From IMG/VR virus record IMGVR_UViG_3300027810_000002, positions 1 to 64,000 of that record: a stretch of DNA of 64,000 nucleotides; one strand, written 5' to 3'. Of this stretch, positions 9,624 through 18,962 are shown piece by piece. Under the pieces are notes generated by a model. That model had not been told where the DNA came from. It saw only the letters and a list, made by a program, of their open reading frames with translations, and made no database searches. Positions within the stretch are counted from its first letter, which is position 1. Every line of letters begins with the position of its first letter. This DNA is from a virus. The translations under genes and the position numbers were made by a program.

Positions 9624-10732
9624 TATGATTCTACCGCATCGTTTAACATCTCTTCGATATCTAATGAACTTGATTCTGAATTATAATTAAATAGAGGTTT
9701 AATGTGTGTTTCGATTCTTTCTAATACTTCTCTAGTAAATACTTTATCTGTGAAGAATTCTTTATTTGGAACTGCTTCATCTAAGTGTTCGCAAATCCAT
9801 CCTCTTGCCGTTGCTTTAGGAACTTTCTTTCCTTTTTCAATCGAGCCTTTAGTAATTCCACAGATATCCCAAGTAGCATATTGTTCTAATCCAACATACG
9901 GATTCATACCTTCACTAAAATTTAGGTGGAATTTAATTGGAGTTGGTTTTGCAAAACGATTCTTTGTAGGTTTTGCAGTTACAATAATACCAACTTTATC
10001 CGCTCCATCTTTTAATTGTGCCTTATTTAACATAAGCACGATTGATGCTGCGTATTCTGGACCAGTTCCTCCACCTGCAATTTGCATTGGAATAAACGAT
10101 TGAGATTGGTATGTGTGATTTGTAAATATAAATGGAATCTTTAAATCTGCCAATGGCGTCATTATAATTCTAAATATAGATTTTAAGATCTTTGAACGAG
10201 TCATATCTGATTTTTCACTACCAGATGCTGCATCGTCGATTTCCTTTCTTGTTGCCAAGTTACCTGCAGAATCTAAGATGATCATAAGCTTTGGAATCTT
10301 TCCGCCGTTTCTTTTGATCTCTTGCATCTTTTGAGTAATTGTTGTAATAGAAGTTCTGAAATCTTGAACAGTATTCATTGGCTGATAATTTACCTTAGTA
10401 ATATCAATACCAAACTTGATCATTTGTTCTTTATCTACAGCTGCTTCACTATCATAATAGATTATACTATAACCCATGTTGATTGCTTCTCTTACAGAAT
10501 TTAAGGTAAGGAATGTTTTACCAGTTCCTGAAGGACCTGCAACTGAACAAGATCTGTTATTAGGCCAACCTCCGAAAAGGGAACCTGATACACATGCATT
10601 TAGGTGATAGTTTCCGGTAGGAATCCATTCGGTAACTTCACTAAAATTTGATTGATCCATCACGGATCCTAGTGGATTTAAATTTGCTAATTCGGCATTT
10701 AAATCGTTAAATGTAAAATCTTTTTTAGCCAT
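9623..10732 (-). CDS. uvsX: RecA-like recombinase UvsX
   Basis: Walker A GPSGTGKT, YYDSE, IILDS, FTNHTY, GGTGPEYAAS. Confidence 0.95.
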   Translation of the reverse strand: MAKKDFTFNDLNAELANLNPLGSVMDQSNFSEVTEWIPTGNYHLNACVSGSLFGGWPNNRSCSVAGPSGTGKTFLTLNSVREAINMGYSIIYYDSEAAVDKEQMIKFGIDITKVNYQPMNTVQDFRTSITTITQKMQEIKRNGGKIPKLMIILDSAGNLATRKEIDDAASGSEKSDMTRSKILKSIFRIIMTPLADLKIPFIFTNHTYQSQSFIPMQIAGGGTGPEYAASIVLMLNKAQLKDGADKVGIIVTAKPTKNRFAKPTPIKFHLNFSEGMNPYVGLEQYATWDICGITKGSIEKGKKVPKATARGWICEHLDEAVPNKEFFTDKVFTREVLERIETHIKPLFNYNSESSSLDIEEMLNDAVES

Positions 10733-10925
10733 TGTCTTCTTCTTTATTTTTATCTTTGTTTCTCATTTTCTCAAGAGTATCTATAAGATCTGCAGTCTCA
10801 TCTTGAATCTCTGCCATTTGAGATTTTAGAATCTTTAGTCTCATGTATACTTTTTGATAATCTCGAACTTGCACCTTTTGTTCAGCTGTAAGTTCCTCTG
10901 TAATCTTTTTAGGATCTATTTCCAT
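10725..10925 (-). CDS. Hypothetical coiled-coil protein
   Basis: 66-aa ORF overlapping both neighbours. Confidence 0.55.
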   Translation of the reverse strand: MEIDPKKITEELTAEQKVQVRDYQKVYMRLKILKSQMAEIQDETADLIDTLEKMRNKDKNKEEDNG

Positions 10926-11100
10926 AATTTTCTAAATCTTGAAATATCGTTATTTGATTTGAATCAGTTGATACTTCTGGTTCTACTTGTTTTGCGTCTT
11001 CAATTTTATTAATTAAAGATCTTATTGAATTTCCTAAATCCATGTTGTTAGGCTTAGACTTAGTAAGGCTGTGTACTATTTCATAAAAGGTTGGTTCCAT
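10909..11100 (-). CDS. Hypothetical protein
   Basis: The track gives 10909..11157; the ATG at 11100 (MEPTF...), right after the polymerase stop, is the more plausible start. Confidence 0.55.
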   Translation of the reverse strand: MEPTFYEIVHSLTKSKPNNMDLGNSIRSLINKIEDAKQVEPEVSTDSNQITIFQDLENYGNRS

Positions 11101-11102
11101 AT

Positions 11103-12302
11103 TTAAAATAATGATGTTGAGTAAATTAAATTTCGGTTTAAGAGTTGTAGTGAACAAGCTTTAAGCACTCTGTTTAATGGATCAATTACACTTTTCTCAA
11201 ATTGTATTTCATAATCAACTTCAGGTGCTATTTCATAAGGATGATCCCCTGGCATATATGCGAACATATCACATGTTTGATTTTTACAGTGGTATAATTT
11301 TAGTTTCTCTCCGTTACCAATCATCTTGTATTTGTTCTTATACTTTGGATTAGTATTCATTAAGAAATTATAAAATCCTGCGGCCTTTACATTAGGAGGA
11401 CATTTTGATCCAATTTGAAATTCAATAGTATCATCTACAATATATTTTTCTATATTGTTAGTTCTCTTATTGAATGCTATTTGATCAATATCTGCCAGCT
11501 TAAATTCTTTTTTACATTTCTTTAAGTAGTCAACTAGTTTCTTTAATAAGGCTGCTGTTGGTTTTTCAGATAGAACTAATTGAAGAGCTTCTGTTAAGTG
11601 CTTACGTGCTAGCGCAGGAGTTGAACTTTGTATTGTATCAAATCCAATTGTTTTAATCTTCTTTAAGGAAGGGTATCTATCGTCTTCATCTAGTTTATCC
11701 TCCCACGCTATATTCTGTAAGTATTTTTTCTTAGCTAACCAAATCCCAGAATATGCTATCGTTTCCATATCGAAATACAGGAAATTATCTGTATTTGTAA
11801 TTTCAGCATATTTTGCCATGCACTTTGTAATGTAGTCCTTGATTCTAAAATTATATAGCTCCATAATAAACTTATCAATTGAAAGTTCTTCACCAAGCCA
11901 TTCAATAGATTCATACATTTCTTCAAATTGAACATAACAAGAATCTGTATCGATATAAACAACTGATGGTCTAACTAATCTGCCTTTAACATTAATATTT
12001 AAATGTTTATGTGATGCAGTGTCTTTAGTCCAGAATTCTTGGAAGTATTTGTTTAATATCTTTTCAGAATATAGAATTGCAGATTGACCTTGTAGGGTAA
12101 TTGATTCTGCAATTTCTATATCAAAAAAGTGAAACCACTTATTTCCAAATGCACCATAAATAGAGTTTAGAGTTACTTTAACCGCTTGTTCATATGCCGT
12201 ATATTTAGCTGACATTTGTTCATAGTGCGATATTAAAGTTTGAGTTTCCTCAGGCGTAAGCTCTGCTTCTGGCTTTTCTATTAGTTGTTCAATTTCGATC
12301 AT
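11103..12302 (-). CDS. gp43: Family B DNA polymerase, C-terminal subunit (gp43B: fingers, palm, thumb)
   Basis: Motif B KVTLNSIYG, motif C YIDTDS, KKKY; C-terminal clamp-binding-like STSLF; lacks exonuclease and motif A. Confidence 0.93.
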   Translation of the reverse strand: MIEIEQLIEKPEAELTPEETQTLISHYEQMSAKYTAYEQAVKVTLNSIYGAFGNKWFHFFDIEIAESITLQGQSAILYSEKILNKYFQEFWTKDTASHKHLNINVKGRLVRPSVVYIDTDSCYVQFEEMYESIEWLGEELSIDKFIMELYNFRIKDYITKCMAKYAEITNTDNFLYFDMETIAYSGIWLAKKKYLQNIAWEDKLDEDDRYPSLKKIKTIGFDTIQSSTPALARKHLTEALQLVLSEKPTAALLKKLVDYLKKCKKEFKLADIDQIAFNKRTNNIEKYIVDDTIEFQIGSKCPPNVKAAGFYNFLMNTNPKYKNKYKMIGNGEKLKLYHCKNQTCDMFAYMPGDHPYEIAPEVDYEIQFEKSVIDPLNRVLKACSLQLLNRNLIYSTSLF

Positions 12303-13058
12303 TTACGCTCCAGTATTACATGTTGCAATAGTTAATAAAGTTTCAGAGTCATTTGACTTCATAACAACTCTATTTTCTAGAACATTAGCTGTATAATCTT
12401 CTTTGTCTAGTAAGTTTAAGTATTTTTTAAATAAGGTTACTTTTTTACCTGAAGTTCCTTCATAATCTGGAGTTACTAACATGTTGTATGTGTTACCTGT
12501 TAATTTTACTCCTTTACCATTTGCTTCGATTGAGAAAGTTTCTTCTTTATCTAATCCGAAAAGGTTTTTAACTTTGTTTAAAGTTCCATAATCCATTTCA
12601 AATTTAAAGCTAGCATCATCTACATTAAAGATACTTGAGATTTGAGAATCTGTAAGATCTTTATATCCTAAAGAAGGCTCTGAACAAGCTAATTTAATTT
12701 CTAATTCGTCGTTAAAGATACGGAAGCTAGTTGCTACGAAATCTTCATCGTTTTCTAAGAATTCAATTTCACCTTGAATTGAATCATAATCAAACTGCTT
12801 AAATGCATCTGTTAATTTTTGTGCATCAAAGAAAGCTACTTTTAACTCTTTTGTTGTTGTGATTGATCCTTCTTCAATTTGAAAAATCTGTCCGATTGGA
12901 AGTCTGTGATGTTTCACAGCATCGCGTTGTGGTAAATAAGCCGAAGCTTGGATAGTTCCACCTTTAATTTTAAAATAAACGAAAGAATCGATTACCTTCA
13001 GTCTGTTAATGAAGTTAATGAAATTAGTTTGATCTACTTTTTGAATTGTAATTTTCAT
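12303..13058 (-). CDS. gp45: Sliding clamp (T4 gp45-like)
   Basis: 251 aa with a clamp-like beta/alpha pattern, directly upstream of the polymerase subunit. Confidence 0.65.
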   Translation of the reverse strand: MKITIQKVDQTNFINFINRLKVIDSFVYFKIKGGTIQASAYLPQRDAVKHHRLPIGQIFQIEEGSITTTKELKVAFFDAQKLTDAFKQFDYDSIQGEIEFLENDEDFVATSFRIFNDELEIKLACSEPSLGYKDLTDSQISSIFNVDDASFKFEMDYGTLNKVKNLFGLDKEETFSIEANGKGVKLTGNTYNMLVTPDYEGTSGKKVTLFKKYLNLLDKEDYTANVLENRVVMKSNDSETLLTIATCNTGA

Positions 13059-13096
13059 TTTTTGTTTTTAGATTTAATACAATGTTATTTATAGGT

Positions 13097-13126
13097 ATTA
13101 TAAACAAAATAAGTAAAAAGTTTCAA
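13097..13126 (-). promoter_or_regulatory. TWGAAAC-N17-TATAAT promoter upstream of the clamp/pol operon
   Basis: TTGAAAC-17 nt-TATAAT; a TATAAATA also lies at 13086-13093. Confidence 0.72.
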
Positions 13127-13130
13127 AAAT

Positions 13131-13158
13131 AAAAAAACCAGGATTGAAGTCCTGGTTT
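13131..13158 (-). terminator. Rho-independent terminator
   Basis: AAACCAGGA-CTTCAA-TCCTGGTTT followed by a T-run. Confidence 0.75.
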
Positions 13159-13180
13159 AGTGTAGTGTATTGGTGAAATA

Positions 13181-13510
13181 TTAAAATTTAAACTTTCTTC
13201 TTTTCATAATTTCTTTTATTAACTTCTTACAATCAACTTCCATTCCAGGTGCTCTGAATTGTCCTCCAATTCTATTTGTCTCTTTTTCAATATGATCTAT
13301 TAATTCACTAGTCATAAATCTAACATCTGCTAATAGCCCTTCCATTTCTTCATCTTCATCGTCTGAAATTAAACCGCCATCTCTTTGTTCGTCAACTCCT
13401 TGTATGCTTGATCCATATGTTGCGATCCATTCTTCTTTGGTCATGCCTGCTTGATCAGCTTGCATTTGCAAATGGTCTTGCCATTCGTTTAAATCTTTAA
13501 CATGTTTCAT
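13181..13510 (-). CDS. Hypothetical protein with a capsid-targeting-like N-terminus
   Basis: Starts MKHVKDLNE. Confidence 0.6.
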   Translation of the reverse strand: MKHVKDLNEWQDHLQMQADQAGMTKEEWIATYGSSIQGVDEQRDGGLISDDEDEEMEGLLADVRFMTSELIDHIEKETNRIGGQFRAPGMEVDCKKLIKEIMKRRKFKF

Positions 13511-13529
13511 GATAGATTAAATTATGTTT

Positions 13530-13976
13530 TTATAATGTTCTTGTGAATGATTCAAATGTTTTCACGAATTTTAATGAACTGTTAGATTTGCTTTCATTAA
13601 TACCATCACCTGTATAATTCCATTTCATACCTTTAGCTTGAACATCGCGACCTAAGAAACAATACATTCCTTTTACAAAACCTTCAAAGAATACAGCAGA
13701 ACCCATATCTTCTAGATCTTCAGCATATTGCCTTGCGTCAGCATCTTCAATTGCTTGAAGTTTAGTACCATCTTCTTCGTATGAAAATAAGATTCCTTTT
13801 TTAAATGTTAATACGTCTCCAGTATATACCCATCCATCTTCATCTTCTACTTCTTTACCCATTTCGAATTGTTCGAATTGTTCTTTTCCGTGAGCTAATG
13901 CTTCTTTTTCTGTTTTGAAGAAATCTACTCCTCCTTCACCTTCGTTGTGATTAATCACGTAAAATACTTTTGCCAT
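13530..13976 (-). CDS. Hypothetical acidic late protein with a C-terminal capsid-targeting-like motif
   Basis: Ends INE-SKSNSSLKFVKTFESF; GATATATA at 14006-14013 upstream. Confidence 0.6.
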   Translation of the reverse strand: MAKVFYVINHNEGEGGVDFFKTEKEALAHGKEQFEQFEMGKEVEDEDGWVYTGDVLTFKKGILFSYEEDGTKLQAIEDADARQYAEDLEDMGSAVFFEGFVKGMYCFLGRDVQAKGMKWNYTGDGINESKSNSSLKFVKTFESFTRTL

Positions 13977-14016
13977 TTTAAATTGTTTTTGTTTATTTGT
14001 TAATCTATATATCTAT

Positions 14017-14060
14017 GAAAAAATGGGGTAAGAATAGTAGCGAACTTTTTCTTACCCCGT
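14017..14060 (-). terminator. Rho-independent terminator after nrdA
   Basis: GGGGTAAGAA...TTCTTACCCC stem followed by ATTTTTT. Confidence 0.7.
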
Positions 14061-14119
14061 GCCGTTAACTAAAACGGTCCTAAAATCCAACCATATTTCA
14101 GGTTGGCTATTTCAGTTTT

Positions 14120-15949
14120 TTATCCATCACAACTTAGACAGTCAGGATCCATCGCTTGCGCTGCTATATCTCCTCGCAATACTGATTCTGTTCTCATATA
14201 ATATAGGGTCTTAATCCCTTGTTCGTATGCTTCTAAGTGTACTTTATTAATAAACTTAGGTTCTGCTTCTTTAGGGAAAGCTAAATTTAATGAAACAGAT
14301 TGATCAACATATTGTTGTCTAATTCCTGCTTGTTTTACTAATTCTAATTGATTAATTTCTTTAAATGTTTTAAAAACATCTCCCATTGGAATATAATCAT
14401 CTTGTGAAATTACCGGTAATTTCTCTAATTGTTTTTTAGTGATTGCCTTTCCTGATCCACTTTCGTGATCTGATTTAGTACCTGTTAATACATAGTAATC
14501 GCTAATCCAATCCAGTCCTAAAACACTTCCACCATCTCTTAAGATTTGATCCCATGTTACTTTAGTATTTTTACCAATTTTTTCTAGTGCTATTTCTAAC
14601 GTTGGATTCTTTCTAATGAATGTTCCTTTAGCAGTTTGTTCTGTAAAAACGTTTGCTGCCCATGGTTCAATACCTGGAGAATTGTTTCCACTTAACTTAG
14701 AATTACTTACAGTTGGAGCGATAGCTCTTAAGTGTGTGTTTCTCATTCCAGTACCAACACACCATAAAGGTTCTCCATATTCTGTTGCTAAATCTCTACT
14801 TGCTCTTTCACTTTCAACTTTAATTTGAGAGAATATCTTTCTTGTTTCAAATTGACCTGATAAAGAATCAAAAGGAATATTTTTATCTTGTAGGTATGTA
14901 TGCCATCCTAAAACTCCTAATCCTAACGCTCGGCCTTTTTCTGCAGATCTTACACTGTTTTCAAAGCCTCTCATGTATTTTGCTCTGTTGATGAATTCTG
15001 TAAGAACTCCATCTAAAAATATAGTAGCAGTATATACTAAGTCTGTATCTTTCCACTCTTCGAATTTCGCAAGGTTTAAAGAACTTAAACAACATACAAA
15101 TGAATGTGATTCGTCAGTGTGTAACGTTATTTCAGAACAAATGTTTGTCATGTAAACTTTAAGACCATTTTGCTTGTATGCTTCTGGATTTGCGTTATTT
15201 ACATTTCCTTTAAACATTATATATGGTTCTCCACTAGATCTACGTTTTCTAATAACTGCAGTCCATCTTTTTCTTGCTTCTTTATCTCCGGCTTTTACCT
15301 TTTGCATAAATCCATCAGAAACTACAACACATTGGTGTAAATTTAAACATTGTCTGTTTACATCTCCTTTAGGCTCTCTAATCTCTAACCATTCCCAGAA
15401 ATCATCGTGTTCAATATCTATATTAACACTTGAAGCTCCTCTTCTAACTGAACCTTGATTTGTTGCAAGAATAGTTGAATCAAATATCTTAGCAAATGGC
15501 AATACACCATCACTTGTTCCGTTTCCAGTAATCTTAGCACCTGCTGGTCTAATTTGATTAATTCCTACTCCAACTCCACCTCCGTGTTTTGCAAGTAACA
15601 TTAATTCTAAATTCTTGTTTCCAATATCATATATAGAATCAGCTACATCAATACCAAAACATGAGATTGGTAATCCTCTCTCTGTTCCTGTGTTTGAAAG
15701 AACTGGGCTTGCTAAGTTTAACCAACCTTTCCAAATGTAATCAAAAAACTTACTTGCTAATTCTGGTTTATCTAGTCTTTTTGCAACTGTGGTTGCAACT
15801 CTCCAATATGCATCCTTTGGAGTTTCACCCGGTAATAAATATCCGTTACTAATTGTTTTAACGTATATTTCTGTATTTGCCCATGTAGGAAAATGTGTTC
15901 CTAATTCCCATCCTAGCTCCTCACCGTGGTTTTTAATTTCTTTACTCAT
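14120..15949 (-). CDS. nrdA: Ribonucleotide reductase class Ia alpha subunit (no ATP cone)
   Basis: PISCF, GGGVG, TNICSEI (catalytic NxCxE), AIAPT, C-terminal CLSCDG. Confidence 0.95.
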   Translation of the reverse strand: MSKEIKNHGEELGWELGTHFPTWANTEIYVKTISNGYLLPGETPKDAYWRVATTVAKRLDKPELASKFFDYIWKGWLNLASPVLSNTGTERGLPISCFGIDVADSIYDIGNKNLELMLLAKHGGGVGVGINQIRPAGAKITGNGTSDGVLPFAKIFDSTILATNQGSVRRGASSVNIDIEHDDFWEWLEIREPKGDVNRQCLNLHQCVVVSDGFMQKVKAGDKEARKRWTAVIRKRRSSGEPYIMFKGNVNNANPEAYKQNGLKVYMTNICSEITLHTDESHSFVCCLSSLNLAKFEEWKDTDLVYTATIFLDGVLTEFINRAKYMRGFENSVRSAEKGRALGLGVLGWHTYLQDKNIPFDSLSGQFETRKIFSQIKVESERASRDLATEYGEPLWCVGTGMRNTHLRAIAPTVSNSKLSGNNSPGIEPWAANVFTEQTAKGTFIRKNPTLEIALEKIGKNTKVTWDQILRDGGSVLGLDWISDYYVLTGTKSDHESGSGKAITKKQLEKLPVISQDDYIPMGDVFKTFKEINQLELVKQAGIRQQYVDQSVSLNLAFPKEAEPKFINKVHLEAYEQGIKTLYYMRTESVLRGDIAAQAMDPDCLSCDG

Positions 15950-15962
15950 AGTTTATAATGTT

Positions 15963-16976
15963 TTAAAATAATTCGTCTTCGTCCCAGTTCTCATCTTCAC
16001 CAGCCTTAGAATAATCTGTAGGTCTTACTGCAAAGAAATCTGTATGTGTTGTTCCTCCTGTTAAATGATAAAACCAATCTAGTTCACCGGCAGAATCTTC
16101 ATCGTATTCCATGAAAGGTCCTTTAGTATATCCTAGTTCAGCAATCTTTTCGTTTGTTCTTTTTAATATAAATTGTTTTAAGTCATTTGCTTTAAGGTTT
16201 TCTAAATCACCTTGTTCAAATATCATATCAATGAATTTGTGTTCCATTTCAACCATAAGCTCTGCAGCTCTTAAAACATCGCTCTTAACATCTTCATGTA
16301 GTTCTGGATATTCTGTACACATTTGTCTAAATAACTGACATCCCATTTTAGAATGTAGGGATTCATCCCTAACTGACCACTTCATTTGTTGTCCAATACC
16401 CTTTAATGTGTTTCTCATTTGGAAAGAATATAATACTGCAAACGATGAATATAATGAAACTCCTTCAGCGAATGCTGAGAAGATTGCTAATGATCTTGCT
16501 ACTTGTTTTCTAGCCTTTGCGTTTGTTTCTAAATCTTCATGAGTCCAATCAGCTTCAATTGATGTTAAATGTTCAAATTTCTCTGCAGTTGCTGGTTCGT
16601 GTAAGAATGCTGAAAAATCATCCAGTCCTAATGTCTCGTTTAAATATGAGTATGCAGTTGCATGTATAGTTTCTTGAGAACCAAAGGCCATTGCCATTTG
16701 TTTAATTTCCCATTTTGGAAACCATTTAGTAACCATTCCTGTCCAGTAATCTGAAACGGCACATTCAGTTTGTGCAAATCCTAAAAGGATATTTCCAACT
16801 AAATTCTTTTCTGATGGTGTTAAGTTTTCATTCCAATCTTTAACATCTCCTTGCATTGAAATTTCAGTATGTAACCAAAATGCTTGCATTTGTTTTAACC
16901 AACCTTCTGTGTAATATTCAGGATATTCAAAAGGTTTATATTCTAATCTCTCTTTAAATAATTTAGAGTTGCTCAT
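15963..16976 (-). CDS. nrdB: Ribonucleotide reductase class Ia beta subunit
   Basis: ETIHATAY, EGVSLYSSF, DESLH di-iron motifs. Confidence 0.95.
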   Translation of the reverse strand: MSNSKLFKERLEYKPFEYPEYYTEGWLKQMQAFWLHTEISMQGDVKDWNENLTPSEKNLVGNILLGFAQTECAVSDYWTGMVTKWFPKWEIKQMAMAFGSQETIHATAYSYLNETLGLDDFSAFLHEPATAEKFEHLTSIEADWTHEDLETNAKARKQVARSLAIFSAFAEGVSLYSSFAVLYSFQMRNTLKGIGQQMKWSVRDESLHSKMGCQLFRQMCTEYPELHEDVKSDVLRAAELMVEMEHKFIDMIFEQGDLENLKANDLKQFILKRTNEKIAELGYTKGPFMEYDEDSAGELDWFYHLTGGTTHTDFFAVRPTDYSKAGEDENWDEDELF

Positions 16977-17097
16977 CTTTTATACTTTTTTTAATTTTCG
17001 TTATAGGCTAATAAAGACCTTCAATAGAGGCCTTTATTCGTAGTAGTAGATTATATATTTAGGTAATCTAATACGTTAAAGACTATTGCTTAAAATA

Positions 17098-18495
17098 TTA
17101 TGTTAATCTTTTCTTAAGGTTATCTGCTTTCGTAAAATACTCATAAGACGTATTCTTGTACTCAACCCTTTGTTCATATAAATCAGAAAGTATTCTTCTA
17201 AGAACTGAATCTTCTTTTGAATAAACTACACCATTATCACATACAATAACATTGGTATCTTCTCTTCTTTCTTTAATTTGACTCTTTTGAACCTGTTCAA
17301 TATATGCATCCGGAGAAATATTAAATTGTCTCATTATTGATGGATATAGAGAAGCAAAATCATATGCAGTTACTCCGGCGTAATATCCAACGATTGGTTC
17401 TTTTACATAAGCTCCCGCATACTGTGTACTTTTCTCGTAATCTTCTTTCTTTTCAGTTCCAATTCGCATTCCTTGTTCAGCTAATTTTCTAGCCATTAAA
17501 GATTCTGTAACTGCCACTGGGCTAGCTGCTTTATATAGAGGCATTTTTGTAATGTTTGCTAAAGTTAATAGAACTTCCATTGACTTTAACTTTTGATCTA
17601 TATAATATACAAGAACTGAATCGACTACGTTATAATAGATATACTTTACAAAATTATCTCTATAAAGATCTTGTAGACCTCCGGTGTATTTAATCTTCTT
17701 AACATTTAATACTTGTCCTGATACATAATCAAGTGAGTTAGATTCTTTAACCTTTACACTACGATCATATTTATCATACAGTTGCATGTAATCTAAAATT
17801 CCAATATGTAATGGGCGTGAATCGTTACGATCTAACTTATTAGTCATACCAACTTCAGTAATATCTATTTGTAATATTTTACACCTGTTTACAATATATT
17901 GCCAGTCATAGTTAATAAAGTTCCAGCCAGTCATCATTGGAAACTTAGGTAAGAATTTCATTAAGAATGTATATACCATATCATATTCACTCTTGAACTT
18001 ATGGTATTTAAATTCCCAGTCTTGATCAAAGTCTTTGAAATACTCATTAGTATCGTCTTCAATCTTTTGAATTTTATCTGGAGCCATATCCTCTAATCCT
18101 AATACAATTGCTTTACGCTCCGGCGTTATAATTGAGAATGAAAGAATTCTTGTTTTAGCTTCTTCAGCTTTTGGAAAACCATCAACAATTTCTGTTTCAA
18201 TATCGACAAAATACGTTTTAGGTAAATTGTATGCTAAAATTTCTTCTTTATCTTTTTCTGGTAATCCATCGATAAAGTAATTAAGAGAAAACTTATTAAA
18301 TTGTCTACCATATCCTAACTTAACAGGACGGCCATCCCAGTTTTTAAATTCAGTACTTACTCCTTTTTCTTTTTCTCCACAGATATACCAATTCTGATAT
18401 TGCGCTATCGGATATTGCTTGTATGCAACTTTACCTTCTTTATCGTAATACGATACGATTACGTCTTTTTCTCTTTGCTCAATATCTAATATCAT
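17098..18495 (-). CDS. gp43: Family B DNA polymerase, N-terminal subunit (gp43A: 3'-5' exonuclease and motif A)
   Basis: ExoI DIETE, ExoII GWNFINYD, ExoIII YNVVDS, YAGAYV, motif A DFASLYPS; ends in the fingers helix. Confidence 0.93.
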   Translation of the reverse strand: MILDIEQREKDVIVSYYDKEGKVAYKQYPIAQYQNWYICGEKEKGVSTEFKNWDGRPVKLGYGRQFNKFSLNYFIDGLPEKDKEEILAYNLPKTYFVDIETEIVDGFPKAEEAKTRILSFSIITPERKAIVLGLEDMAPDKIQKIEDDTNEYFKDFDQDWEFKYHKFKSEYDMVYTFLMKFLPKFPMMTGWNFINYDWQYIVNRCKILQIDITEVGMTNKLDRNDSRPLHIGILDYMQLYDKYDRSVKVKESNSLDYVSGQVLNVKKIKYTGGLQDLYRDNFVKYIYYNVVDSVLVYYIDQKLKSMEVLLTLANITKMPLYKAASPVAVTESLMARKLAEQGMRIGTEKKEDYEKSTQYAGAYVKEPIVGYYAGVTAYDFASLYPSIMRQFNISPDAYIEQVQKSQIKERREDTNVIVCDNGVVYSKEDSVLRRILSDLYEQRVEYKNTSYEYFTKADNLKKRLT

Positions 18496-18962
18496 TAATA
18501 GTTGTTTTTCTGACGGTTAACATTCTCTTCGGCTTTTGCGAAGTAGTAGTTGTATGCTGTTTTTGCGTCTAATCCGATTGAGGCTGCATAGTTGATAAAG
18601 AAGTGTAGAATATCTACCCATTCCATATACAATTCTTTTTTGTCTCCTTCAGACATGTCAGAAATCTTTAATGTATCGTATTTTGTAAAGTCTTTTTTCC
18701 AGTATTTCCATACTGCATTTCCACTTCCGTCTTTAATACCTCCGAGTGCATCTGTCATTTCGTGAATTTCATCAACAACTGCATGTGTATTACAGTGCCA
18801 GAAGTTCATGATTTCTCGAATTGTCATATCTTCAAAGTTAAAACCATAAGTCTGCTCTTGCATCTTTTTCTGGTTTTCCATGATATCTGCGAGGTGTGTG
18901 TTTGATTGATCATAAAAGTCTTTTACTTCAAGATCTTTGCATTCATTATCTATATTTGCCAT
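18495..18962 (-). CDS. All-alpha dNTP pyrophosphatase (dimeric dUTPase / gp56 dCTPase-like)
   Basis: DEIHEM, WKYWK, EWVDILHF and KAEENVNRQ motifs of the MazG/dUTPase_2 fold. Confidence 0.82.
   Translation of the reverse strand: MANIDNECKDLEVKDFYDQSNTHLADIMENQKKMQEQTYGFNFEDMTIREIMNFWHCNTHAVVDEIHEMTDALGGIKDGSGNAVWKYWKKDFTKYDTLKISDMSEGDKKELYMEWVDILHFFINYAASIGLDAKTAYNYYFAKAEENVNRQKNNY

Noticed and set aside
12302-17098. Split polymerase explained by an intron, intein or frameshift
   Set aside because: The intervening 4.8 kb holds intact essential genes with their own promoters and terminators, and no splicing motifs or homing endonuclease are present.
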